From Hormiphora californensis (taxonomy: Eukaryota; Animalia; Ctenophora), in the NCBI GenBank assembly GCA_020137815.1, contig CM035352.1:5704001-5768000 (forward strand): a DNA stretch of 64,000 nt, written 5' to 3'. The position numbers and the translations under genes are program-made. Each line of letters starts with the position of its first letter. Within the stretch, counting starts at the first letter, position 1. Below, piece after piece: positions 1 to 11,500 of this stretch. Under the pieces are notes generated by a model. That model saw only the letters and a program-made list of their open reading frames with translations. It ran no database searches and had not been told where the DNA came from.

Positions 1-69
1 TGGTGTTATCTGTGAAATTGTAAAATTATTTTGCATCCAATTTTACCACAACTAATATGTCTTCACCAG

Positions 70-575
70 GTTATGTTTTCCCCTAACGGCAAGAGGATAG
101 CCTCGGCTAGTTTTGACAAGTCTGTGAAGGTGTGGGAGGGTAAGACAGGAAAGTATATCTCCACTCTCCGTGGTCATGTTAAGGCTGTGTACCAAGTTAG
201 TTGGAGTGCAGACAACAAACTACTGGTTTCCGGGTCTTCAGACAGTACTGTAAAGGTTAGTGTGAAGTGCGGGGTAGCATTGTAACATGAGTATTGGATG
301 GGTGGTATGTTGAGTAGCGAGTATTTCCTTCCCATTAGTAATGACGTGTTATTACTAATGGGGAAGAAATTATGATGTCAAGACGTGTTATTAATTTGGT
401 AGAGTTGACCCCCTCATCCTAACCCCCATCCCAGGTTTGGTGCATGAAAACCTTTACTCTGCTTCAAGATCTGCCCGGCCACGCTGATGAGGTGTATACT
501 GTTGATTGGAGTCCCTGTGGGTCACGGGTTGTTAGTGGGGGCAAGGACAAAGTCCTCAAAATATGGAGATCCTAG
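70..575 (+). CDS. NLE1: Notchless homolog (WD40 ribosome-assembly factor), last two coding exons (70-255, 435-575); the gene starts left of the window
   Basis: Spliced translation VMFSPNGKRIASASFDKSVKVWEGKTGKYISTLRGHVKAVYQVSWSADNKLLVSGSSDSTVK|VWCMKTFTLLQDLPGHADEVYTVDWSPCGSRVVSGGKDKVLKIWRS* matches the NLE1/Rsa4 C-terminus (DLPGHADEVY.VDWSP.G.RV.SGGKDK). GT-AG intron at 256-434. Confidence 0.93.
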
Positions 576-724
576 TCGTGAGAGAGGGTTGGATTTTTTA
601 TTAACTTATTTTCCTGTAATACCGTTCTTAAATTATTTCTTTTAGTAGATCCCCTTGTTTGTATTGCAGTCCTAAAAATAATCGTGTTCCCCAGGGTACA
701 CTAACAATCTCTTCTTCTCTCAGG

Positions 725-2038
725 ATGGCCCTACGTCCACCCAGCCACTTTACTCCTCCCTCCCACCGCTCCTTGGAAACCCAAACTGATCATCTTCTCT
801 CCACCCAATGCTCTTCACAAACCCCTCTATGTTCCACTAACTGCAGCACCTCTCAGACAGAGACGCCTTCTCAAACCAGTTCCTGTCAAACAGACACCAG
901 TCCATTGACCATCTTCACAGAGACAGGAACACAGGTGGGATACAACAGAGAAACACTAAACTGTGGTACTGAGACAGAGCCTGATAAGACAGGGTTACTG
1001 GAGGAGTTAGCGAGCAAGTTGAGAGGAGAGATCGGATCATTGATCAGCAGCAAAACAAAAGAGAAGGAACCAGTTATAACTGCAGTTAACGATCAGCAAG
1101 ATGAAGTTGAGAAGTTGACGAAGATGATTGGGATTCTTGAGACAAGGTTACAATGGCAGGAAGAGGCTATTGAACTACAGGAGAAGGCACTGGGTGAGGG
1201 GAGTGGAGGAGGTAAAGTTATAGCAGCGTGGCGACACAAAGTCCTTCAGATGCTATTGAGTAAGGCTATGGAAGATATCGGGGAGGAACGGGAGGTTCTT
1301 CACCTTCAGTCTCGAGTAGGGGAGCTGGAGGGAGCCCTGGTTAGCTCCCAAAATGAGGTTCAGCTACTGAAATGTCGGGTAGGAGATATACAGGGTGCTG
1401 TTAGAATGAAGGAACATGTAATTGAGACAATGGAGGGGGAAGTTCATCGACTTCACAGGGCTGAGGAGAGATGCCGAGAATTGGAGGAGTTTGTTAAATC
1501 CACTATTGAGAGGATTGGGAACTCAGTTCAGGGGTTAGAAATGGGAAGTGAGGTTGAGGAGTTACTAGGAGGTTACGAGGACCAGATTGATTGCCTAAAC
1601 TCGAAAGTGATACTTCTACAATCAGTGATAACTGAGAAAGAGAACTTTTTCTCCTCTAAATTAGAATCCCTTCTTCACCAGATGAGTCCTACAAAACCTG
1701 CAGTTCACAGTTCAGATACCCAGACCCAACCTCCATCCCCTGGACACAACCAAGAGTGCCAAACAGAGGCCCCTGATTTGAGGGATCGTGTAAAGGACCT
1801 GGAGGGTCAGATACCCGCTTTAGTGAAGGAGAAAACAGTCCTCGCTGCTCGGTGTGCTGAGTTACAATCTGAGTGTCAGGATGTGGGAGATCGGGTCACA
1901 TTGTTACAGGATCAGATAGCCGCTATGAATGTGAGACATACTCAGGAGCTGGCTGAATTACAGAAACGGGAGAGCAAGGCAGCAATTAGGGCTAAACAAC
2001 TTGAAAGACAACTTCTGAGATTGGAACAAGGCTCATAA
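725..2038 (+). CDS. CCHCR1: Single-exon coiled-coil protein, CCHCR1 (HCR)-like
   Basis: ATG at 725 follows a pyrimidine tract + AG. N-terminal LRPPSHF, central WRHKVLQMLL...LQSRVGELE...SQNEVQLL and C-terminal KRESKAAIRAKQLERQ resemble conserved CCHCR1 segments (PPSHF; RWREKVFALM; REHAKAVVSLRQIQR). Heptad-rich throughout. Confidence 0.65.
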   Translation: MALRPPSHFTPPSHRSLETQTDHLLSTQCSSQTPLCSTNCSTSQTETPSQTSSCQTDTSPLTIFTETGTQVGYNRETLNCGTETEPDKTGLLEELASKLRGEIGSLISSKTKEKEPVITAVNDQQDEVEKLTKMIGILETRLQWQEEAIELQEKALGEGSGGGKVIAAWRHKVLQMLLSKAMEDIGEEREVLHLQSRVGELEGALVSSQNEVQLLKCRVGDIQGAVRMKEHVIETMEGEVHRLHRAEERCRELEEFVKSTIERIGNSVQGLEMGSEVEELLGGYEDQIDCLNSKVILLQSVITEKENFFSSKLESLLHQMSPTKPAVHSSDTQTQPPSPGHNQECQTEAPDLRDRVKDLEGQIPALVKEKTVLAARCAELQSECQDVGDRVTLLQDQIAAMNVRHTQELAELQKRESKAAIRAKQLERQLLRLEQGS

Positions 2039-2238
2039 GACAGAGAAACAGTAGCACCAGACAACAAGCAAATATTGACCGAACTCAGAGTGTTGTTCAG
2101 AGTGTAAAGTATGTAAATAAAATGCATTTGTATCCTAACTTATATATTATTTTTATCGTTACATTTTTACATCAGATTTGTCTTCTTTTATCTCAAACAC
2201 ATATCCCCACATTTCTCTAAACCTCCCTATCTAGCATT

Positions 2239-4956
2239 ATGGAATCTACCTCCACCCCGTCCACCCAAGGACTCTATACAATCCTAGTTGGGATACTTCT
2301 GACAGTCCTGAGTTCCTTTATCTACTGGTACAGCAGCACCAATACTTCCTCCGATCCCGAGGAGCAGGAGAAGAAGGAGGAGGTGGTGGTGAAGAAGGGG
2401 AATGAGAAGAAACAAAGGTATTATAGCGATAACTAGACTGCTGTCTCTCTTCCACTGATATAAAGTGTGGGTCACGATGAAAATAGTGCCTCAATATATT
2501 GTGATTTCCTTCCATCTTTATTATCTCCCAGTGTCCCTGCCCCTGCGCCAAAATCCAAGAAACAACAACAGGCTGCAGCTGCTAAACGTCCCAGTCCCAC
2601 CTCCCACCCACTATTCGTGAACATGCTTCGAGGCCATACTGACACAATAAATGATATGGATATTGACCAATCAGGTTTGATACTTAGTTGTTTTATCGAG
2701 AATCTAGAAGCGTAAGATTGTATCTACTACCTTCTACTCACAACTGTCACCTTCATTCATGAAATATGAAATGACCCCTTCAGGTAAATTACTGGCCACA
2801 GTTTCTAACGATCAGACTGCCCGTGTGTGGTACATCAAGGACCTGGGCAAGGGACAGGATGTTAAGTAAGTGGTTTTGCAGTGGTTATGAGAACTCTTAT
2901 TAGAGTCACTACGTTTTCAATTCTCTTTTTACAATCCAATTAATAAAGAACGTGTTGCCTGCAGGTATACAAGAATCCCTCTGGAGACTGATGGTACATC
3001 CATTTCAATTTCACCTGATGGTAAAGCAGTAGCGGTCCTGCTACCCAATAAGAACTGTGTTGATATCCATAGATTGGGCAAGAAGCCTGGGGAAGCAGCA
3101 ACCCTTGTTCTCACAATCGATAAGGTAAGGGGGAGTCAGGGGAGAAAGAAGTCAGGGTAAATAAATAATTTTTAGGAAACTAGAGGTGGGAGGGAGGTGT
3201 AATTAAAATACTGGCCCTTTTCAGATAAAGGGTGATTTGAAGGATGTCTCTATTTCTCCCACTGGAAAGTTCATTATTGTTAGTACAGGAAAGACCCAAG
3301 TTTACGTTTACTCTCTCAAAGGTACCAAGTTCAAGATGCTCCCTGCTTTCTTACTAGCTTCCCCCATTCTCCAATAGTACTTTATAGTACCCTGACCAGA
3401 TTTCTCTGTTTACTAATTGATCAGCTATCTAATAATTCCCAGGTGAGCTCCTGCATACTATCGACACTGCTCAGATGTACAATGGTCAGATCTCTGTCAG
3501 TCCCTGTAAGGACCTCGTCGGTGCCTCTGGGTTCACCCCTCAGGTTCACTTTTGGGAGGTGAAATTCAACAAAGCTGGATCTTTCCAAGGGGTAAGTGGG
3601 TTCCGACTCCAGGAGTGCCCTCATGAGGTTCCCCCCAGTGGGACACACATGTGTGTGACTGTGCATCTTGGTGGCGGTTGTGGTTAAGGATTTGTGGAGC
3701 GCGCGGCGTTCCCCATCCAGTAACTTGGCATTGTTAGCAATGTAACGCGCACCCTTGCCGCGCCCTAGATCGAGCATCGTCACAAAATGTGTGTGACAGC
3801 TCAAACATCTGATATCCGGGAAGTGTGATGTGTAGATAAGCGGTGTGATTATATTTTCTGACCACTATCTCCCCTCTAGGTTCAAGAAGCAATGGATCTA
3901 TCGGGACACAAATCAGGAGTCTACTCATTTGCCTTTAGTGGAGATACCCGCCGTGCCGTGACAGTCTCAAAAGATGGAACTTGGAGGGTCTATAACACTG
4001 ATGGTACGGTACAATGAACCTCTATTAAATAGTTATATTCTTGAGCATCCAATCCCTGATCAGTGGTCACATACATAACACCCACATACACTCAACTAAT
4101 ATGTGTGTCCATAGTGAGCTGGCACCTGAACGAAGATCCCAAGCTGCTTGTATCGGGGGAGTATCCCGTTGACGATACCCAGGGTACGGCCCATGTTGCC
4201 ATGTCACCCGATGGTAGGATAGTTGCCATAGCAACCTCTAACAACATGAGTCTTTACAATTCGGACACTGCTGAACAAATCGATAGTCTTATCGGTATCC
4301 ACTCAGGTAGCTAGATATATAGGATTTATCTACAACAACTGTTTATGTTCAATCATCACCAAATAGATTTTCTAAACTTGAAATCCCCCTCCCTAGATTC
4401 CATAACTCGGCTGGAATTCTCGGACACTGGAAAGTATATCTTCACCTGTGGAAAAGATAAAACTGTTCGGGTATGGCTCAGTAGAGCTGGTAAGTAGTGT
4501 GCACTTTGTCTGACTGTACATCGAGCACCCCGGCCCGAAGAGGACGGTCTTATATGAGACAATGTGCACTGCAGTGTTAAATTGTGACTGCTTTTGTACA
4601 ACTGATAATTGTAATTTTATATTTTCATGTAGGTATGAAGCGAGATGTAGAGCTATGGGCTGAATCCCTTAAATCCGCGACAAACCCTTCTCACAAAGAG
4701 AGATTAAAAACACAAATAGCCGAGACAACGTAAGTACTGGGCTATTTTTTGTATATCCGTTGAACTCTCTCCGTTCATGTGTTGTGCTTCACAAGACATG
4801 AATGATGAACGGAGTTGTGACAGCATAATGATCGAGACTCTAGCTCCCTTTGTCTCTCTCTATCCCTCTTTCTGTGACAGCAACTATAATGTATGAGGTT
4901 AACAATGACACAATGATTTCAGAGCACGCCTGGCGGAGCTGGCGGTACTATGTTGA
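2239..4956 (+). CDS. TBL2: Transducin beta-like protein 2 (N-terminal TM anchor + WD40 propeller), multi-exon
   Basis: N-terminal hydrophobic helix (LYTILVGILLTVLSSFIYWY). Exons encode HPLFVNMLRGHTDTINDMD, VSPCKDLVGASGFTPQVHFWEVKF, GHKSGVYSFAFSGDTRRAVTVSKDGTWRVYNTD, NEDPKLL and C-terminal LKSATNPSHKERLKTQI. Short GT-AG introns; stop TGA at 4954-4956. Confidence 0.88.
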
Positions 4957-5504
4957 TCATTCCTGGGTTATATTATGGCAGGAGGAATGAACTCTAGTTT
5001 CTATTATTAGAGGCCGGCAGATAATTCCTTAAATCTTCATGTTTAATCATATATATTTTGTGGGTCACGTTAGATAATCGCGTTTGCATTGTTATACGTA
5101 GCGTGCTTGCACCCCGCTCTGGAGGGAATGTTTCGGAGTGGCGGGGGCTTGCAGAGGAATAGGAAAAAAGGTGTGTCTGTGTGCTATGGAGAGCATATAA
5201 TGCAACACTCACTGTCTGCCGCTCTGGTTTGAACTATCTCTTTCTCATTCAATATCTTTCTGCAGTAGAATCATCCTCAGTGCCACTCGACCACCTTGTA
5301 AAATATTGTGGCTGCATTAACCACCTGTTTTGCAGTGGGCTTACAGGGAATGTAAAGCGGTACCGGGGGTGATTATTTTCAACGGTGCTATTTTCAATTC
5401 CTCTCATGCAGTGATATCACATTTATTGGTCAACTCTCAAAATCCAATCAGTGCATAATCTCTCATTAGCATTTTGCAACGACAATTGTCTATCCTATCC
5501 TAAT

Positions 5505-8500
5505 ATGACTTATAACACCAGTTATTCCGCTGGCGGCTTCTCCGCCGGTGGTGGCGCTGGTTTCGCTGCTGGCGGTGGTGCCGGTTTTTCCGCAGGAGGC
5601 GGAGCCGGCGGATTTGCTGCAGGCGGCGGTGGCGGTGGATTTTCTGCCGGAATCTCTCTAAACATGGGAGGAGGAGGTGGTGGTGGAGCCGGAGGAGGCA
5701 GCGGCTTTACCATCATCCCCGCATCTTCCATCAACCTGGCTGAATACACAATTCTTCCTGCTAGCCAGGTCTTCGGATCTGATGGAGCTGTCCAGCCCAA
5801 GTTCCTTCCTCTTATTCCTCAGGCCATCATTCTCTTGCCTGATGGAGCTCTCGGAGCCCCAACCGGCCCCGGACTGCCCAAAAACATCGGGGACAGCCAG
5901 ATCCTGCTACCCCGTGGAACCATGCCCGGAGGTGCATCTCCTGGATCCATGGGACCCGGATCACCAACTCAACCTACCATGGTATCTCTGACTGTTGGAG
6001 GAGCTCCTGGTTATGGACCCAGTGGACCCAGTGGACCCAGTGGACCCGGCGGACCCGGTGGCCCAAGTGGACCTGGTGGACCATATGGACCAGGTGCTCC
6101 AGGAAGTCCTGGTGCTCCAGGAAGTCCCTTCGGACCATCTGGACCTAGTAGTCCCGGAGGTCTTGGTGTTGATATCGACATCAATATGGGACCCGGAGGA
6201 ATGGGACCCGGAGGAATGGGACCCGGAGGAATGGGACCTGGAGGAATGGGACCCGGAGGAATGGGACCTGGAGGAATGGGACCAGGAGGAATGGGACCCG
6301 GAGGTGCTGGCTTCTCCTTCAACGGAGTTTTCATCACTCCCGGAGGTAGTTACAGCGTGACCCTGCCCAGTGGAGCTTCCGTCATCGTGTCTGGTGCTTC
6401 CATCTCTCAGAACCCAAGCAACCCCGGAAGTGTTCTCGTCTCCTATGGAGGATCCACCCACGTTGTCTTCAGCGTCTCTCCTGCTGGTGGAGCTGCTGGA
6501 CCCAGTGGACCTGGAGGAGCTGCCGGAGGACTTGGCATCGACATCGACATTTATGGTGGTGCCGGTGGTGCCGGTGGTGCTGGTAGCCCATATGGACCCG
6601 GAGGTGCTATGGGACCTGCTGGTGGTCTTTCTGGACCTGCTGGAGGTGCTATGGGACCTGCCGGAGGTGCTGGCTTCTCCTTCAACGGAGTGTTCATCAC
6701 TCCCGGAGGTAGTTACAGCGTGACCCTGCCCAGTGGAGCTTCCGTCATCGTGTCTGGTGCTTCCATCTCTCAGAACCCAAGCAACCCCGGAAGTGTTCTC
6801 GTCTCCTATGGAGGATCCACCCACGTTGTCTTCAGCGTCTCTCCTGCTGGTGGAGCTGCTGGACCCAGTGGACCTAGTGGACCTGGAGGAGCTGCCGGAG
6901 GACTCGGCATCGACATCGACATTTATGGTGGTGCCGGTGGTGCTGGTAGCCCATATGGACCCGGAGGTGCTATGGGACCTGCTGGTGGTCTTTCTGGACC
7001 TGCTGGAGGTGCTATGGGACCTGCCGGAGGTGCTGGCTTCTCCTTCAACGGAGTGTTCATCTCTCCCGGAGGTAGTTACAGCGTGACCCTGCCCAGTGGA
7101 GCTTCCGTCATCGTGTCTGGTGCTTCCATCTCTCAGAACCCAAGCAACCCCGGAAGTGTTCTCGTCTCCTATGGAGGATCCACCCACGTTGTCTTCAGCG
7201 TCTCTCCTGCTGGTGGAGCTGCTGGACCCAGTGGACCTGGAGGAGCTGCCGGAGGACTTGGCATCGACATCGACATTTATGGTGGTGCCGGTGGTGCCGG
7301 TGGTGCTGGTAGCCCATATGGACCCGGAGGTGCTATGGGACCTGCTGGTGGTCTTTCTGGACCTGCTGGAGGTGCTATGGGACCTGCCGGAGGTGCTGGC
7401 TTCTCCTTCAACGGAGTGTTCATCTCTCCCGGAGGTAGATACAGCGTGACCCTGCCCAGTGGAGCTTCCGTCATCGTGTCTGGTGCTTCCATCTCTCAGA
7501 ACCCAAGCAACCCCGGAAGTGTTCTCGTCTCCTATGGAGGATCCACCCACGTTGTCTTCAGCGTCTCTCCTGCTGGTGGAGCTGCTGGACCCAGTGGACC
7601 TAGTGGACCTGGAGGAGCTGCCGGAGGACTCGGCATCGACATCGACATTTATGGTGGTGCCGGTGGTGCTGGTAGCCCATATGGACCCGGAGGTGCTATG
7701 GGACCTGCTGGTGGTCTTTCTGGACCTGCTGGAGGTGCTATGGGACCTGCCGGAGGTGCTGGCTTCTCCTTCAACGGAGTGTTCATCACTCCCGGAGGTA
7801 GTTACAGCGTGACCCTGCCCAGTGGAGCTTCCGTCATCGTGTCTGGTGCTTCCATCTCTCAGAACCCAAGCAACCCCGGAAGTGTTCTCGTCTCCTATGG
7901 AGGATCCACCCACGTTGTCTTCAGCGTCTCTCCTGCTGGTGGAGCTGCTGGACCCAGTGGACCTAGTGGACCTGGAGGAGCTGCCGGAGGACTTCGGCAT
8001 CGACATCGACATTTATGGTGGTGCCGGTGGTGCTGGTAGCCCATATGGACCCGGAGGTGCTATGGGACCTGCTGGTGGTCTTTCTGGACCTGCTGGAGGT
8101 GCTATGGGACCTGCCGGAGGTGCTGGCTTCTCCTTCAACGGAGTGTTCATCACTCCCGGAGGTAGTTACAGCGTGACCCTGCCCAGTGGAGCTTCCGTAA
8201 TCGTGTCTGGTGCTTCCATCTCTCAGAACCCAAGCAACCCCGGAAGTGTTCTCGTCTCCTATGGAGGATCCACCCACGTTGTCTTCAGCGTCTCTCCTGC
8301 TGGTGGAGCTGCTGGACCCAGTGGACCTGGAGGAGCTGCCGGAGGACTTGGCATCGACATCGACATTTATGGTGGTGCCGGTGGTGCCGGTGGTGCTGGT
8401 AGCCCATATGGACCCGGAGGTGCTATGGGACCTGCTGGTGGTCTTTCTGGACCTGCTGGAGGTGCTATGGGACCTGCCGGAGGTGCTGGCTTCTCCTTCA

Positions 8501-11500
8501 ACGGAGTGTTCATCACTCCCGGAGGTAGTTACAGCGTGACCCTGCCCAGTGGAGCTTCCGTCATCGTGTCTGGTGCTTCCATCTCTCAGAACCCAAGCAA
8601 CCCCGGAAGTGTTCTCGTCTCCTATGGAGGATCCACCCACGTTGTCTTCAGCGTCTCTCCTGCTGGTGGAGCTGCTGGACCCAGTGGACCTAGTGGACCT
8701 GGAGGAGCTGCCGGAGGACTTCGGCATCGACATCGACATTTATGGTGGTGCCGGTGGTGCTGGTAGCCCATATGGACCCGGAGGTGCTATGGGACCTGCT
8801 GGTGGTCTTTCTGGACCTGCTGGAGGTGCTATGGGACCTGCCGGAGGTGCTGGCTTCTCCTTCAACGGAGTGTTCATCACTCCCGGAGGTAGTTACAGCG
8901 TGACCCTGCCCAGTGGAGCTTCCGTCATCGTGTCTGGTGCTTCCATCTCTCAGAACCCAAGCAACCCCGGAAGTGTTCTCGTCTCCTATGGAGGATCCAC
9001 CCACGTTGTCTTCAGCGTCTCTCCTGCTGGTGGAGCTGCTGGACCCAGTGGACCTAGTGGAGGAGCTGCCGGAGGACTTGGCATCGACATCGACATTTAT
9101 GGTGGTGCCGGTGGTGCCGGTGGTGCTGGTAGCCCATATGGACCCGGAGGTGCTATGGGACCTGCTGGTGGTCTTTCTGGACCTGCTGGAGGTGCTATGG
9201 GACCTGCCGGAGGTGCTGGCTTCTCCTTCAACGGAGTGTTCATCACTCCCGGAGGTAGTTACAGCGTGACCCTGCCCAGTGGAGCTTCCGTCATCGTGTC
9301 TGGTGCTTCCATCTCTCAGAACCCAAGCAACCCCGGAAGTGTTCTCGTCTCCTATGGAGGATCCACCCACGTTGTCTTCAGCGTCTCTCCTGCTGGTGGA
9401 GCTGCTGGACCCAGTGGACCTAGTGGACCTGGAGGAGCTGCCGGAGGACTCGGCATCGACATCGACATTTATGGTGGTGCCGGTGGTGCTGGTAGCCCAT
9501 ATGGACCCGGAGGTGCTATGGGACCTGCTGGTGGTCTTTCTGGACCTGCTGGAGGTGCTATGGGACCTGCCGGAGGTGCTGGCTTCTCCTTCAACGGAGT
9601 GTTCATCACTCCCGGAGGTAGTTACAGCGTGACCCTGCCCAGTGGAGCTTCCGTCATCGTGTCTGGTGCTTCCATCTCTCAGAACCCAAGCAACCCCGGA
9701 AGTGTTCTCGTCTCCTATGGAGGATCCACCCACGTTGTCTTCAGCGTCTCTCCTGCTGGTGGAGCTGCTGGACCCAGTGGACCTAGTGGACCTGGAGGAG
9801 CTGCCGGAGGACTTCGGCATCGACATCGACATTTATGGTGGTGCCGGTGGTGCTGGTAGCCCATATGGACCCGGAGGTGCTATGGGACCTGCTGGTGGTC
9901 TTTCTGGACCTGCTGGAGGTGCTATGGGACCTGCCGGAGGTGCTGGCTTCTCCTTCAACGGAGTGTTCATCACTCCCGGAGGTAGTTACAGCGTGACCCT
10001 GCCCAGTGGAGCTTCCGTCATCGTGTCTGGTGCTTCCATCTCTCAGAACCCAAGCAACCCCGGAAGTGTTCTCGTCTCCTATGGAGGATCCACCCACGTT
10101 GTCTTCAGCGTCTCTCCTGCTGGTGGAGCTGCTGGACCCAGTGGACCTAGTGGACCTGGAGGAGCTGCCGGAGGACTTGGCATCGACATCGACATTTATG
10201 GTGGTGCCGGTGGTGCTGGTAGCCCATATGGACCCGGAGGTGCTATGGGACCTGCTGGTGGTCTTTCTGGACCTGCTGGAGGTGCTATGGGACCTGCCGG
10301 AGGTGCTGGCTTCTCCTTCAACGGAGTGTTCATCACTCCCGGAGGTAGTTACAGCGTGACCCTGCCCAGTGGAGCTTCCGTCATCGTGTCTGGTGCTTCC
10401 ATCTCTCAGAACCCAAGCAACCCCGGAAGTGTTCTCGTCTCCTATGGAGGATCCACCCACGTTGTCTTCAGCGTCTCTCCTGCTGGTGGAGCTGCTGGAC
10501 CCAGTGGACCTAGTGGACCTGGAGGAGCTGCCGGAGGACTTGGCATCGACATCGACATTTATGGTGGTGCCGGTGGTGCTGGTAGCCCATATGGACCCGG
10601 AGGTGCTATGGGACCTGCTGGTGGTCTTTCTGGACCTGCTGGAGGTGCTATGGGACCTGCCGGAGGTGCTGGCTTCTCCTTCAACGGAGTGTTCATCACT
10701 CCCGGAGGTAGTTACAGCGTGACCCTGCCCAGTGGAGCTTCCGTCATCGTGTCTGGTGCTTCCATCTCTCAGAACCCAAGCAACCCCGGAAGTGTTCTCG
10801 TCTCCTATGGAGGATCCACCCACGTTGTCTTCAGCGTCTCTCCTGCTGGTGGAGCTGCTGGACCCAGTGGACCTAGTGGACCTGGAGGAGCTGCCGGAGG
10901 ACTTGGCATCGACATCGACATTTATGGTGGTGCCGGTGGTGCTGGTAGCCCATATGGACCCGGAGGTGCTATGGGACCTGCTGGTGGTCTTTCTGGACCT
11001 GCTGGAGGTGCTATGGGACCTGCCGGAGGTGCTGGCTTCTCCTTCAACGGAGTGTTCATCACTCCCGGAGGTAGTTACAGCGTGACCCTGCCCAGTGGAG
11101 CTTCCGTCATCGTGTCTGGTGCTTCCATCTCTCAGAACCCAAGCAACCCCGGAAGTGTTCTCGTCTCCTATGGAGGATCCACCCACGTTGTCTTCAGCGT
11201 CTCTCCTGCTGGTGGAGCTGCTGGACCCAGTGGACCTAGTGGACCTGGAGGAGCTGCCGGAGGACTCGGCATCGACATCGACATTTATGGTGGTGCCGGT
11301 GGTGCTGGTAGCCCATATGGACCCGGAGGTGCTATGGGACCTGCTGGTGGTCTTTCTGGACCTGCTGGAGGTGCTATGGGACCTGCCGGAGGTGCTGGCT
11401 TCTCCTTCAACGGAGTGTTCATCACTCCCGGAGGTAGTTACAGCGTGACCCTGCCCAGTGGAGCTTCCGTCATCGTGTCTGGTGCTTCCATCTCTCAGAA

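Noticed and set aside
6010-6150. Collagen interpretation of the GPS/GPG triplets
   Set aside because: Gly-X-Y runs are only a few triplets long and are broken by GG; there is no collagen propeptide or signal peptide.
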